Shown here: in pieces, positions 54,452-63,683 of the stretch | Layout of the letters: the number at the start of each line of letters is the position of its first letter | Numbering within the stretch: the stretch's first letter is position 1 | From: a virus | Taxonomy: Duplodnaviria > Caudoviricetes | Direction: 5' to 3' (one strand) | Virus record (IMG/VR): IMGVR_UViG_3300017788_000018 | Location: 842-64,841 of that record | DNA length: 64,000 bases | Notes under the pieces: model-generated | What the model was told of the DNA's origin: nothing | What the model saw: the letters and a program-made list of their open reading frames with translations, nothing else | The model's database searches: none | Program-made: the position numbers and the translations under genes

Positions 54452-55138
54452 ATGACCAACCAACCAGAACACCCTCCGCTTTCGCCCTTGGTGCAAAAAT
54501 TCATTAACGAGTTTGCCCGGAAGTACAGTCCAAATTTCACCATTCGCAATAAGGCCCACAAGGATGGGCTTTATGCCGTTGCCAGCTTCTTCGGCAAGAT
54601 TTTCAACCCCGAGATCGACACTCGCTACCTTACTCAGGTGCTCCATGAGTGCTGGCTTCCTCCTCACATGTTTGAGAAGGATGACATCTCTTTGATCACG
54701 ACCCTGGCCCATGAGACCATGCACGAGAGAGACCGCAAGGAGTGGACCTCGGTGGGGACTTTACTCCTTTATGGCTTTCCTCAGATTCTTGCCGTCTTTT
54801 CCCTTTTGTCAATTCTGGCCATTTGGTTCGGCCTGGGCTGGTTGTTCTGCCTAGGCTTCCTTCTGTTCCTTCTTCCGTTTCCTGCACCTGGCAGAATGTG
54901 GATGGAACTCAGGGCCTATAGAGTGAACATGTTGTTTATCCGTGAGGTTCTAAAGGCAGACGAGAACTATCAGAGAGGCATGGCTGTCCACTACTCACAG
55001 CAGTATACTGGCCCAGCCTACTTCTTCATGTGGCCCTTCAAGAACCACATCATTCATCTCCTTCTAACACAGAAGCCTCATCCCTACTATGATGACCTAA
55101 GGGCCTGGCTCAGGGCGAACGGAGTGCTCATCCCTTGA
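54452..55138 (+). CDS. Membrane-associated HExxH protein
   Basis: LAHETMH, two TM segments, ELRAY. Confidence 0.7.
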   Translation: MTNQPEHPPLSPLVQKFINEFARKYSPNFTIRNKAHKDGLYAVASFFGKIFNPEIDTRYLTQVLHECWLPPHMFEKDDISLITTLAHETMHERDRKEWTSVGTLLLYGFPQILAVFSLLSILAIWFGLGWLFCLGFLLFLLPFPAPGRMWMELRAYRVNMLFIREVLKADENYQRGMAVHYSQQYTGPAYFFMWPFKNHIIHLLLTQKPHPYYDDLRAWLRANGVLIP

Positions 55139-55355
55139 GGACCGATGGCTTCTTCTCGGTTTTCTCGAGGCGGTCCACGATGGCATCCAGGTGAGAGGAA
55201 ATCTTTTCGAGCTTCTGATCAATGTCAGAAAGCATCTCCGGGATGCTTCTCTCATCCTTGACCTCAGACTCCCCTTGGGCGGCTTCTCTTTCGGCCTTCA
55301 TAAGGGCGTCTTCTAGACGAACCTGGGCCTCGTAACCTGAAATGGTGTTGCTCAT
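55128..55355 (-). CDS. Small coiled-coil protein
   Basis: Heptad pattern. Confidence 0.55.
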   Translation of the reverse strand: MSNTISGYEAQVRLEDALMKAEREAAQGESEVKDERSIPEMLSDIDQKLEKISSHLDAIVDRLEKTEKKPSVLKG

Positions 55356-55408
55356 ATAGGTTCATTCTATGCAAAACCCCTTGGAATGGATAATTACGAG
55401 ATAGCCGC

Positions 55409-56470
55409 ATGACTCAGGAAAACACTAAAAAAGCCCTGTCTCTACTGATCATTTCCCAGATTGGACGTGTTCTCAGGGAGCAGGCCGCTGACCCCGCTGG
55501 GAGTTCCAAGAAAGCCCCAGAACCCTCCGGGGCACCTGCACCTAGCCCAGCACCCTCCGGTGACTCCGGTGGCCCTGTGGAGCCTCCTGCGAGCGCAGAT
55601 AATGACCCCTCCTCGGCAGGCGACACCAGTGGTGCCGATGCGTCCGCAGACCTTGGTGGAGACATGGGCGGCACAGGTGGAGACCCAGGCGGTGACATGG
55701 GTGGAGAAGGTCTTGATGACTCTGAGGGTGGAGACCTTGGAGGAATGGGCGGCGGCGGAGGTGGCGGCTTTCTTGGCTCTGGCGGATTTGCTGGGGGAGG
55801 AGGCGGTGGAGGAGGTTTCTCCGACTCAGGCGGTGACGGAGACTCTGAGGACGAGGGTGGAAGCGGTGAGATAACCCCGCCAGGAGAACCCGAAAAGGAT
55901 CTTGAGGATCCGGTGGGGGCTGCTCTTAGAGAAGCCGAGAAGGTCGCCGGGGAAACCACAGAGGTTCAGAAGATCCTAAATGCCGTCAAGGCCTCCATTC
56001 AGGTTAATTTCTCAGACTACCGAGAAGCCTGGCCTTTGGTTAATCGCCTAGAACAAACGGAAAATAAGACTCTCCAGGCAGTTGCTCAGAGATTGGCACT
56101 ATTTATCGCAGGTGTTCTGCAAGAAAGAGGACGAGTTATGAAGATCACAAAAGAAGAGCTAAGAAAAATGGTTAGAGAGGCTGTGCGTCAGAAACTCATG
56201 GCCGAGAACTCCAACTATGTGGAGCAGGAAAGGATGCGCCAGGAAGTGAACATGCTTGCCCTGGAGTTCCTTGAGAAGCTCACCCAGAAGCTTAACATTG
56301 ACCCTGCAACTCTTTCTCCTGAGGCACTGGAGTCCTACAGAAGGACGCACAAGGGACTTGAGACTGCCATCCGAATGTCGGCAGCCGAGCTATTTCAGCT
56401 TGGAACGGTTCTTGCGGCTGCTGGCGGCGAGGGCCAGGGCAACAGTGGCAGCGGCGGCTCCTCTGACTGA
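55409..56470 (+). CDS. Gly/Asp-rich putative head-associated protein
   Basis: TAATTA upstream; internal MKITKEELRKMVREAV. Confidence 0.7.
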   Translation: MTQENTKKALSLLIISQIGRVLREQAADPAGSSKKAPEPSGAPAPSPAPSGDSGGPVEPPASADNDPSSAGDTSGADASADLGGDMGGTGGDPGGDMGGEGLDDSEGGDLGGMGGGGGGGFLGSGGFAGGGGGGGGFSDSGGDGDSEDEGGSGEITPPGEPEKDLEDPVGAALREAEKVAGETTEVQKILNAVKASIQVNFSDYREAWPLVNRLEQTENKTLQAVAQRLALFIAGVLQERGRVMKITKEELRKMVREAVRQKLMAENSNYVEQERMRQEVNMLALEFLEKLTQKLNIDPATLSPEALESYRRTHKGLETAIRMSAAELFQLGTVLAAAGGEGQGNSGSGGSSD

Positions 56471-56504
56471 TTCTCTCCCCTAGAAGGACAAAGGCACACA
56501 CACC

Positions 56505-57350
56505 ATGGCTACCTCAAAAGAAAAACTGCAACATCAGAGAAACCTCCGTCTCCTAAGAGAGAACAGGGCGCTTGACTTTCTAAAGAAGAAGGACAAACCA
56601 ACCCCATCCTCCTCGACTCCTACTCTCAAGGAGGCTGACTTTAAGTTTGACCAACAGACCGAGACGTTCTCCGATCGAACCGATCTTCTGGATTGGCTCG
56701 ATGACCTCGTTAATGAGTGGGGCGTGGAGCCAACCTTTGATGACATTTGGGCAGCTATGCAGAAGGAGCCCCGTAAGTTGGCTGGCTTCGTTGACAGCAT
56801 GGGCATGACGATGCTCAAGCACTCCGTTCGTCAGGAGGCTGACATTCGTGCTGCTGAGTCCAATCACCCCTCTTCCGCAGGTTGGGATGAGGATCCTATG
56901 TTTGAGGGTCTCGCAGAGGAAGAGGACACCTGGGAGAAATCCAAGGAGCGCCGTGAGGAGCACCAGAAAGAAATCCAAAAGGGAGTTCTGGAGGAAGGCG
57001 AGGGAATAGAGTCGCCCACGAGTCTTGCAAGCCAGGCACTTGCAAGTGCCCTTGGTGCCAAGGTTTTGATCGACCGTCTTTTTGAGGCCGTTGGCAATGA
57101 GGATGCCGTGTTTGAGGTTCGGGCCATCGGCCTGAGGGATCCTCACAAGGTTAAGCAAGTTGTGAAGTTTGCAAGAAGAGACGCAATGGGTTTGGTCGCA
57201 ACCCTAAAGACTCTTGTTCAACTACTTCCATCTGAGGTGGTTGCCGAGCAACAGGTAGCTCTTACCACTCAGGAGGAATGCGGTCCAAAATCCAATCTGG
57301 ACAAGGTTCTTGAGGCTTGCAGCATGGATGAAGAAGAGGAAGCAAAATGA
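56505..57350 (+). CDS. Acidic putative head-associated protein
   Basis: Glu-rich, several LxE motifs. Confidence 0.7.
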   Translation: MATSKEKLQHQRNLRLLRENRALDFLKKKDKPTPSSSTPTLKEADFKFDQQTETFSDRTDLLDWLDDLVNEWGVEPTFDDIWAAMQKEPRKLAGFVDSMGMTMLKHSVRQEADIRAAESNHPSSAGWDEDPMFEGLAEEEDTWEKSKERREEHQKEIQKGVLEEGEGIESPTSLASQALASALGAKVLIDRLFEAVGNEDAVFEVRAIGLRDPHKVKQVVKFARRDAMGLVATLKTLVQLLPSEVVAEQQVALTTQEECGPKSNLDKVLEACSMDEEEEAK

Positions 57351-57721
57351 AGATTTCGAAAGACGAGCTAACCAAGTTGATCAAGGAAGCAATCGCCAAT
57401 AGGCTTGCGCCCTCCTCAGAGGCTCCAATCAAGGAGGCTGTGGCTTCCTCGATTGAGAAGGAAATTCTGCCTGGCAGCGGTAAGCTGGCCGACTTGGCCG
57501 GTGAGGTAGACAAGTTCCTCATGGACACGGCTGAGAAGGCTCGTGACCTCTGCACAAAGATGGAAGAGGAAATGAAGGTTGACGTTCTGGGTGGGGACAA
57601 CCCAAGCCTGGCTCCTAGAGTTGGCGAGCGCAACCGTATGCTTTCCACCCGCATTGGCACCCTCAAGAAGCTAGCGGCCAACTGCGTGTCCATCTTTGAG
57701 TTCATTCGCAGAGAAGGCTGA
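57347..57721 (+). CDS. Putative head-associated protein
   Basis: MKISKDELTKLIKEAI; ATGA-coupled. Confidence 0.7.
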   Translation: MKISKDELTKLIKEAIANRLAPSSEAPIKEAVASSIEKEILPGSGKLADLAGEVDKFLMDTAEKARDLCTKMEEEMKVDVLGGDNPSLAPRVGERNRMLSTRIGTLKKLAANCVSIFEFIRREG

Positions 57722-57746
57722 GTCCTTTCTCTGAGATGCCGAAATA

Positions 57747-57792
57747 GAAAAGCTCCCGATCCTCCTTGGGGGGATGGGAGCTTTCCTCTTTT
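57747..57792. terminator. Bidirectional terminator
   Basis: AAAGCTCCC-g-ATCCTCC / GGGGGAT-GGGAGCTTT between convergent genes. Confidence 0.8.
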
Positions 57793-57811
57793 CCGTTAGA
57801 GGATGACTTGA

Positions 57812-58738
57812 TTAGGGAGTATTCTTCTTTTTCCTAGGAGTCTTGGCAGCAGCCTTGGCTGCACGAGCAGCTTCCTTTGTGGAACGCTTCTCCTCGGCCG
57901 CAACATTCTTGGCAATGGTCTTTGCCGCAGGAACCTTGAAGGACTCAACCAGGACACGCTCATTCTTGTTGACCATATTCCTTAGAGTTTCATAGTCGTT
58001 GCAAAGGGCCCAGTTCGCAGCACGAAGACGCTTAAGATTATCCTTGTTGCTGATGACGTTCTTAAAGGTCTCGAGGTTGTCCTGGAGTTTCTTGATCTTG
58101 AGAAGAATGTCAACTACGGCGTTATCCCTTGCCAGCGTTTTGGACATGTGGAAGGCTTCAATGTCCTCGGTTCCAAGGTTCTTTCTGGCTTTCTTGAGAA
58201 AGTTACGACGAATATCAAGGAGAGCCTTGACCCACTCATGGTATGCCGAGTTCAGCATTGATCTCATCTGCGAGGAATGAGGCGAATTCCAGGAGCGACT
58301 AGGAAGACTTGTTTGGGTGGCCTCAAACTGATACCTGGCTGTCTTCATCCCGCCAGCACTGGCGTTAATGGTGGCGTTAATTGGAGATGGACGATTTCTA
58401 TCGTCGGGCTTGGAGTTGTAAATTTCTAGGTCAGCCTTAAGGCAAGGGTATGCCACCCAATATCTCGCCTGCCCGTTCTCAAGGGTCTTGGAGATTTCGA
58501 GACAGTTGTCCTCGGAAAGGTACGACAGAGCGGTCTCGAATTTGAGAACCGACTCACCGCAGTCATTGAGAATGAATTTTATGGTATCATAGGTCAGTTC
58601 CCTAGACCACCCCAGCTTGTTAACAACACCCCGCGACAAAGAAATACGACTAAACTTCTGATAGGCCTCTAGAGGAGAGAGGGATTCGGCGAGCTTTTCA
58701 AATTCCTGTTCAACAAATGTGGACTTGGCTAACTTCAT
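57812..58738 (-). CDS. Hypothetical protein
   Basis: 308 aa; Lys/Ala-rich tail. Confidence 0.7.
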   Translation of the reverse strand: MKLAKSTFVEQEFEKLAESLSPLEAYQKFSRISLSRGVVNKLGWSRELTYDTIKFILNDCGESVLKFETALSYLSEDNCLEISKTLENGQARYWVAYPCLKADLEIYNSKPDDRNRPSPINATINASAGGMKTARYQFEATQTSLPSRSWNSPHSSQMRSMLNSAYHEWVKALLDIRRNFLKKARKNLGTEDIEAFHMSKTLARDNAVVDILLKIKKLQDNLETFKNVISNKDNLKRLRAANWALCNDYETLRNMVNKNERVLVESFKVPAAKTIAKNVAAEEKRSTKEAARAAKAAAKTPRKKKNTP

Positions 58739-59253
58739 GACGATTCAGCTTTCCTTGCAAGAGAGCACCCGAAGGTGACTTGAGTGTTGGTGGCGCTACA
58801 CTTTAGGTCTGTGACTGTTCCCTGTACAGGGATACGAAAACTCTCGACCGAGAACCTTTTGATATCGTCCGCTCTGGCGGATTCACCCTCAAGGTGTCTA
58901 ACCTCTTCGCAGTGAGCAACTGCCACAAGAAAGAAATTGAACGAACGGCCTTGCCGTCCCTGAAGGAGTTGAACAATTTTGAGCGGTGCCTCTGGCCTGT
59001 AATCAGATTCTTCCGACCAGCCTGTTAGATGAATATTGAGCGTGATTTGTACTGTCTCGCTCCATTCTTGGTCGTTACCCTGAAGAAATTGAATGGGTGC
59101 GAGATCGGTGCCCAGGCCGATCATTGCGCTTTTATCAATTTCCTGAATCTCAGGAAAGATTGCTTGCCACGAGGCGCTACTACGCCGGACCTTTCGAACC
59201 ATCTTGAGTTCGGGTTGGCGTGAGTTGGGAGGTGCTCGATACATGTAGGACAT
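58735..59253 (-). CDS. Hypothetical protein
   Basis: Follows promoter-like TTAACT-N17-TAGGCT (59298-59326). Confidence 0.6.
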   Translation of the reverse strand: MSYMYRAPPNSRQPELKMVRKVRRSSASWQAIFPEIQEIDKSAMIGLGTDLAPIQFLQGNDQEWSETVQITLNIHLTGWSEESDYRPEAPLKIVQLLQGRQGRSFNFFLVAVAHCEEVRHLEGESARADDIKRFSVESFRIPVQGTVTDLKCSATNTQVTFGCSLARKAESS

Positions 59254-59403
59254 GCCTTTGAAAGAGGTAGAAAGGTGAACGTGATACGTCAATCCCCAGC
59301 CTAGCACGTCTCGGATTACAAGTTAAACCCGTGGCCAGAGCCGGTAACGAAAGGCCAGAAACCCTAGGGTTCCGAGCCCTAGGCCCGCATTCCCTTGTTT
59401 TCT

Positions 59404-59447
59404 AAGGGGAAATAATGGTTTAAACGCCTGAGTATTGGTGCTATAAT
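59404..59447 (+). promoter_or_regulatory. sigma70-type early promoter (likely leaderless transcript)
   Basis: AAATAATGG-TTTAAA-N17-TATAAT; ATG 6 nt downstream. Confidence 0.85.
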
Positions 59448-59453
59448 AGAAAT

Positions 59454-59843
59454 ATGGGAATTCACGTCACGCAGCCCTCCGAAACCGCTTGCAAGCCCCG
59501 TGGGCGCAAGCGCCGGAACGATCGTAATCACCTGATCTATCGGCTCACCGATACGATCACGGGCGAGAAGTACATCGGTCTCACGGTCTGCAAGGGTCGG
59601 GCCTATTGGAAGAGCCTTGCGACTCGTTGGCAGAAGCACGTCTATCATGCTGTCGTGGAAAACCGGCCGCATCTGTTGCAGCAGCGCATCCGTGCCCACG
59701 GTGAGGGGGCTTTCGAGTATGAGATCCTTTTCATCGTGCGTGGAAAGCCTGCTGCTCACGAGCTTGAGCGTTCTCTGATTCGGAAGCACGCCCCGGCTCT
59801 GAACGTGGAATGCACCGGCCGCAAGGCTACTCGGAAGGCGTGA
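59454..59843 (+). CDS. GIY-YIG nuclease family protein
   Basis: LIYRL...KYIGLT...RWQKH...AHELERSLI...LN. Confidence 0.85.
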   Translation: MGIHVTQPSETACKPRGRKRRNDRNHLIYRLTDTITGEKYIGLTVCKGRAYWKSLATRWQKHVYHAVVENRPHLLQQRIRAHGEGAFEYEILFIVRGKPAAHELERSLIRKHAPALNVECTGRKATRKA

Positions 59844-59845
59844 GA

Positions 59846-60232
59846 ATGTCCACGACCAATCGCGATCTGGAATCCATGATCGGAGAGACTTTTGTGACGG
59901 TGGACGACGGGGCCCGGTACGGCCTCGCCCGCCCGTTTCGATTCTTTACGATTAGTCCGGCGGACATCGCAAAAGTCAAGGTGTCAGGCAAAAATGTCGT
60001 TGCTAGCAGATTCGAATACGTTTTTGGCAATCAAAAGATGACGGTGGTGGGCGTAAGCGATGCTAGCATCACGTTTATTCTCGACAGGAAGCGCCCCCTC
60101 CCCGGCCCAATCAAACGGATCGTGCTCCACGGCGTGGTGTATCTTCTGTATAACGAAAAGGTGCTGTGTTGCACTCAAACGGATTTCAGACTCATTTTCC
60201 TCCGAGGGAGCATCCGAAAAGGAGAGGAATAA
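59846..60232 (+). CDS. Paralog family E copy 1
   Basis: KMTVVGVSD...VVYLLYNEKVLCCTQTDFR. Confidence 0.7.
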   Translation: MSTTNRDLESMIGETFVTVDDGARYGLARPFRFFTISPADIAKVKVSGKNVVASRFEYVFGNQKMTVVGVSDASITFILDRKRPLPGPIKRIVLHGVVYLLYNEKVLCCTQTDFRLIFLRGSIRKGEE

Positions 60233-60234
60233 GC

Positions 60235-60609
60235 ATGCCCGACCACTACCGAAATCCTGAGATCGGCGAATACTGGCGTGTAACCGTGCCGAACGCACGG
60301 GTGTTTGCAGCTCCTCCGAGTGTGATCACTCGAATTGGAGAAGGTGGCTACAAGGAAATTAACTCCACCTATCATTTCGTTGTCGAAAATGACAAAGCAA
60401 TGATTGTGGGTAGGAGCGATTCCTTTGTCGTGGCTCACCTTGCAGATCCCTTGGGTTATCATGGCTCGATAAGGCGAATTTATAACAGTGTCGTCTATTT
60501 TCTTGTTGGCAACAAGGTAATGGCCTGCGGCACCTCAGATTTCCGGCATTCCTTCACACCGATAGACCTTGCCAAGGAGGCATCAAAAGCATGGTCGAGC
60601 GTGCCCTAA
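60235..60609 (+). CDS. Paralog family E copy 2
   Basis: KAMIVGRSD...VVYFLVGNKVMACGTSDFR. Confidence 0.75.
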   Translation: MPDHYRNPEIGEYWRVTVPNARVFAAPPSVITRIGEGGYKEINSTYHFVVENDKAMIVGRSDSFVVAHLADPLGYHGSIRRIYNSVVYFLVGNKVMACGTSDFRHSFTPIDLAKEASKAWSSVP

Positions 60610-60776
60610 AGAAGATTGTCGAAATGACCGTTCTATCTCCATGCCGAAATCCTGAGGTGATCGCAGCCATTGGCAACCTAGGTTATGTCGAAATCCAGTC
60701 TACCTTTCATCACCTCGAAAAGGGTGATGAGTTTTATTACTTCGAGTCTGTTGCTCTCTCAGAGGGGAAACCATGA
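60591..60776 (+). CDS. Family E internally deleted fragment
   Basis: RNPEVIAAIGNLGYVEIQSTFH matches RNPE...ITRIGEGGYKEINSTYH of copy 2. Confidence 0.55.
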   Translation: MVERALKKIVEMTVLSPCRNPEVIAAIGNLGYVEIQSTFHHLEKGDEFYYFESVALSEGKP

Positions 60777-61210
60777 GCGTCAAGAATTGGCTTGAGGAGT
60801 GGCACGCCAGACAAGAAAGTATTGCAAATAAGCCGCCACCGCCCATTGGCACCATTTGTTGGCGAAGTAAGTGGGTCAAGACTTGGGTGGTCACACCCGC
60901 TTCCATTGCTGAGATCGAGGCCTTTGTGCCGTCGAGCGCCAAGCCGATCGTAAGCGTCGTAGGAAGCCAAGTATTCGGGAAATCCGGCTGTTCAGGTGAG
61001 TGGAACGAGCGTAAGGGCACGATTGTTGGCATGACAGACAAGCCAGTCACGATCATCCTAAACGGTCCCCATGGGAATTATGAGGAAACAATACCAGATG
61101 GCTTGGTCTATGTCCTTTTCAATGGATCTCTCATTGTTCATCCAAAGAAGAAATTCTGGTTCTACTTCTCCCTATGGGATGACGAATTGACAAACGAACT
61201 AGAAATCTAG
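60773..61210 (+). CDS. Paralog family E copy 3
   Basis: KGTIVGMTD...LVYVLFNG. Confidence 0.7.
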   Translation: MSVKNWLEEWHARQESIANKPPPPIGTICWRSKWVKTWVVTPASIAEIEAFVPSSAKPIVSVVGSQVFGKSGCSGEWNERKGTIVGMTDKPVTIILNGPHGNYEETIPDGLVYVLFNGSLIVHPKKKFWFYFSLWDDELTNELEI

Positions 61211-61211
61211 A

Positions 61212-61514
61212 ATGATCAAAGTCGTGAAACGTTTTCTCTACTTCTCCTTCCTTACAGTGTTCTATGCGCTGTGGGGTTTCTTGCGTGATTGCATTGTAGT
61301 TCCGCTCAGGCTTCTCCTGAGCCTCTATAGAAAGTTGAGACACAAGGTTATGGAAAAGACGAAACCCACCATTCAGAAAGATCCCGAAACCGGCGAGGAA
61401 AAGGTGCTCCTCGATGGACGGCTCTACACAACCTCGGAGGTTTTCGAGGCCTATCACCTGGCCCTAGATATTCGGCTGCGAGCCATGCGGTCCAGGAAAG
61501 GACCGAAGAATTAG
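61212..61514 (+). CDS. Hypothetical membrane-associated protein
   Basis: Hydrophobic, basic N-terminus. Confidence 0.65.
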   Translation: MIKVVKRFLYFSFLTVFYALWGFLRDCIVVPLRLLLSLYRKLRHKVMEKTKPTIQKDPETGEEKVLLDGRLYTTSEVFEAYHLALDIRLRAMRSRKGPKN

Positions 61515-61530
61515 CCCATTTTTTTGGGAT

Positions 61531-61567
61531 TATAATGGTTTAAATGTGGTCGGAATCGTGCTATCCT
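61531..61567 (+). promoter_or_regulatory. sigma70-type early promoter
   Basis: TATAATGG-TTTAAA-N17-TATCCT. Confidence 0.8.
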
Positions 61568-61587
61568 ATTAATAGGAGAAAAACACC

Positions 61588-61839
61588 ATGTCCCGCACCA
61601 AGATCACCGTCAATTCCACCGTCGTCCTTCGCAAGGGTGAGGATCTTTCCGATCGCTATGAGCCTTGCTCTTCTCGACCCCTTACGGGCTGGCAGCCTGC
61701 GGGCATCCGTGGCACGGTTCTGGAGGTCGATTCCGAGTTGACCGACCGTCCGATCCAGGTTCGTTTCGATACCACGGGCGTGACGGCCTGGTTCTCTCGT
61801 CGGAACCTCCGTGTCATCAAGGTCGATGAGCGGCGCTGA
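61588..61839 (+). CDS. Small SH3-like early protein
   Basis: AGGAG SD; GIRGTVLEVD...PIQVRF...WFSRRNL. Confidence 0.75.
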   Translation: MSRTKITVNSTVVLRKGEDLSDRYEPCSSRPLTGWQPAGIRGTVLEVDSELTDRPIQVRFDTTGVTAWFSRRNLRVIKVDERR

Positions 61840-61870
61840 AAGCCTCGAAATCAGGCCAGGGCCTAAGGCC

Positions 61871-62131
61871 ATGGAAAACATCGAAAAGCTCGTGGCAGTC
61901 TCGCATCCCACAACTGGTGAACGGTTGTGGGTTCCTGCTTCTTGTCTCCGTCCAGGCTGGGGGGCGATCGTGGATCGCCCCTTGACCTATCCCTTCTCTC
62001 GATGGGCCGTCAGTCCGAGCGGCTATCTCATGGACGCCCAGGTCTATCGTCTTAAGACCTGCGTCATGGGCGTTCTCAGCTATCCAACACAAAGGAACCG
62101 TGTGTCATGCAATACCGAATCCGATTCGTAA
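61871..62131 (+). CDS. Hypothetical protein
   Basis: Fills the gap; start uncertain. Confidence 0.45.
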   Translation: MENIEKLVAVSHPTTGERLWVPASCLRPGWGAIVDRPLTYPFSRWAVSPSGYLMDAQVYRLKTCVMGVLSYPTQRNRVSCNTESDS

Positions 62132-62310
62132 CCGAGGCCAGTGGATGGGACAAGGCTCACAATGTCACGCTCCAGCGTGAGTGGACGCTCAAGGAATTCC
62201 GCAAGGATACCAATCGAGCGGCCCTTGTGGATGAGGCCCTTGCTACTCTTGGCCTGGCGGAGTCTGAGGTGCGTGCGTATCGCATCGATTTGCTTTCGGA
62301 GGTAGAATAG
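62107..62310 (+). CDS. Hypothetical protein
   Basis: AAGGA upstream. Confidence 0.6.
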   Translation: MQYRIRFVTEASGWDKAHNVTLQREWTLKEFRKDTNRAALVDEALATLGLAESEVRAYRIDLLSEVE

Positions 62311-62350
62311 AGCTTGGTTCCATCACAGACGACGCCACTGAAAACGAGCA

Positions 62351-62623
62351 ATGAACATTCCGGCCCATATACCTGAACCCACAAAGCCTCATCGATTCCA
62401 GATTGGTGATCGGGTGACGTTCCATGCGCAGGTGGGCAGCGTTGGAATGATCGTCGGGTCCAAGTGGGGCTCCACGCACCTTAAGATTGATGGCCAAATT
62501 CGGCTAACGCACTATTCGATCTACAATGTACTTTTGACATACCTAGATGAGGAAATTCCCTGTCTCAGGAATTGCCTGGAGTACGAGATTGACCTCTTTC
62601 CGTTCAAGTCAGAGAAGACATGA
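62351..62623 (+). CDS. Family B dispersed copy
   Basis: FQIGDRV...GSVGMIV...YNVLLTYLDEEIP. Confidence 0.75.
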   Translation: MNIPAHIPEPTKPHRFQIGDRVTFHAQVGSVGMIVGSKWGSTHLKIDGQIRLTHYSIYNVLLTYLDEEIPCLRNCLEYEIDLFPFKSEKT

Positions 62624-62976
62624 AATTCCGAAAGAAAATTCCGCAGGAAGGTGAGCTTTGGAAACTCAGGCTTCACCATTTCCTTTACGCAGGTGAACAA
62701 GACCGCATGCGGACCATTGGTCCGCGGACCATTTGGAGCAACGGCGAAATTAATTTCCTGCTGATCCTGAATCCCACGGAATGTCCAGAGGGCTTCAGGG
62801 GTTATCGTTGCGAAAACGGAGTTTGGTGGCACAATGAAAACAACGATTACGTCAATCGAAACATGTATCGAGTCGTTTGGTTTCTGTATGATGGCAAGAT
62901 TCTCTGGTCTTACTTGGACCATTTTTTGTTGAATGCTCAGTTGGTTGACATTGAACGGGAGAAACCTCGGCCATGA
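62620..62976 (+). CDS. Paralog family F copy 1
   Basis: PQEGELW...FLLIL...VWFLYDGKILW. Confidence 0.75.
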   Translation: MKFRKKIPQEGELWKLRLHHFLYAGEQDRMRTIGPRTIWSNGEINFLLILNPTECPEGFRGYRCENGVWWHNENNDYVNRNMYRVVWFLYDGKILWSYLDHFLLNAQLVDIEREKPRP

Positions 62977-63338
62977 ACAACTTCCCCAAAGAAGGCGAAA
63001 TCTGGGCTGTGAATCAGGACCGCATGGTAACCTTTTACGTCAAAGCCGGTCATCGTACGCTCGACTGCAACACAACTCCGTTCGTAATCCTGCATATGCG
63101 AGTTAAGCCCGATTGGTTTCGTGGCTTTTTCCAGAGTGGTAGATGGTTCAAAGGGAAAAGTGCGTATGGTGGCGCTGGTACAGATTCACACGGCATTGAC
63201 AGGCCACATAACATGGTGACCTGGGTTTTGCAAGAGGGACAGGTTGGTTGGATTTGGACCGACGTCTTCATAGATGTGTTCTGCTATCGGATCAATCTAG
63301 AGCCATTTGACCCCTGCGAGACGAAGGTAGGGCCATGA
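62973..63338 (+). CDS. Paralog family F copy 2
   Basis: PKEGEIW...FVIL...TWVLQEGQVGW. Confidence 0.75.
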   Translation: MNNFPKEGEIWAVNQDRMVTFYVKAGHRTLDCNTTPFVILHMRVKPDWFRGFFQSGRWFKGKSAYGGAGTDSHGIDRPHNMVTWVLQEGQVGWIWTDVFIDVFCYRINLEPFDPCETKVGP

Positions 63339-63682
63339 CCAAAGAACAAAAGTTCATTGAATACAAGAAGCCCAAGGAAGGCGAGATTTGGGTCGCCAAA
63401 AAAGGTTACCTTCATCCACTTCTCGATGAAACGGGTCAACCCTTTAACCCAACAGGAAAAAACCTTAGATACCTTGACCGTCCAGAAACTCCCTATCTTG
63501 TGTGGGCGCATCGGCCTGATAACGCAGTTTCTATTTGCGAAGGCGAGACGGTGCTCATACTGAATTCCAAGGCTGCCTTCGATCGGGATATATATCCCGA
63601 GGACCCGAACAATATATGGGTGCTCCACCGCGAAGCGGTCTGCAGTGTGTGGCATGACCACTTTGTCCGCATCGTCCTATAG
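63335..63682 (+). CDS. Paralog family F copy 3
   Basis: PKEGEIW...VLIL...IWVLHREAVCSVW. Confidence 0.75.
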   Translation: MTKEQKFIEYKKPKEGEIWVAKKGYLHPLLDETGQPFNPTGKNLRYLDRPETPYLVWAHRPDNAVSICEGETVLILNSKAAFDRDIYPEDPNNIWVLHREAVCSVWHDHFVRIVL

Positions 63683-63683
63683 G

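Noticed and set aside
55480-55870. GGC/GGA-rich repeats (also Pro/Ala runs at 3300-3460 and 8400-8800)
   Set aside because: Explained by low-complexity protein linkers with synonymous variation, not DNA repeats.
59454-59843. GIY-YIG as a mobile homing endonuclease
   Set aside because: Catalytic domain only, no DNA-binding repeats, not inserted in or beside a conserved target, and under a native early promoter.
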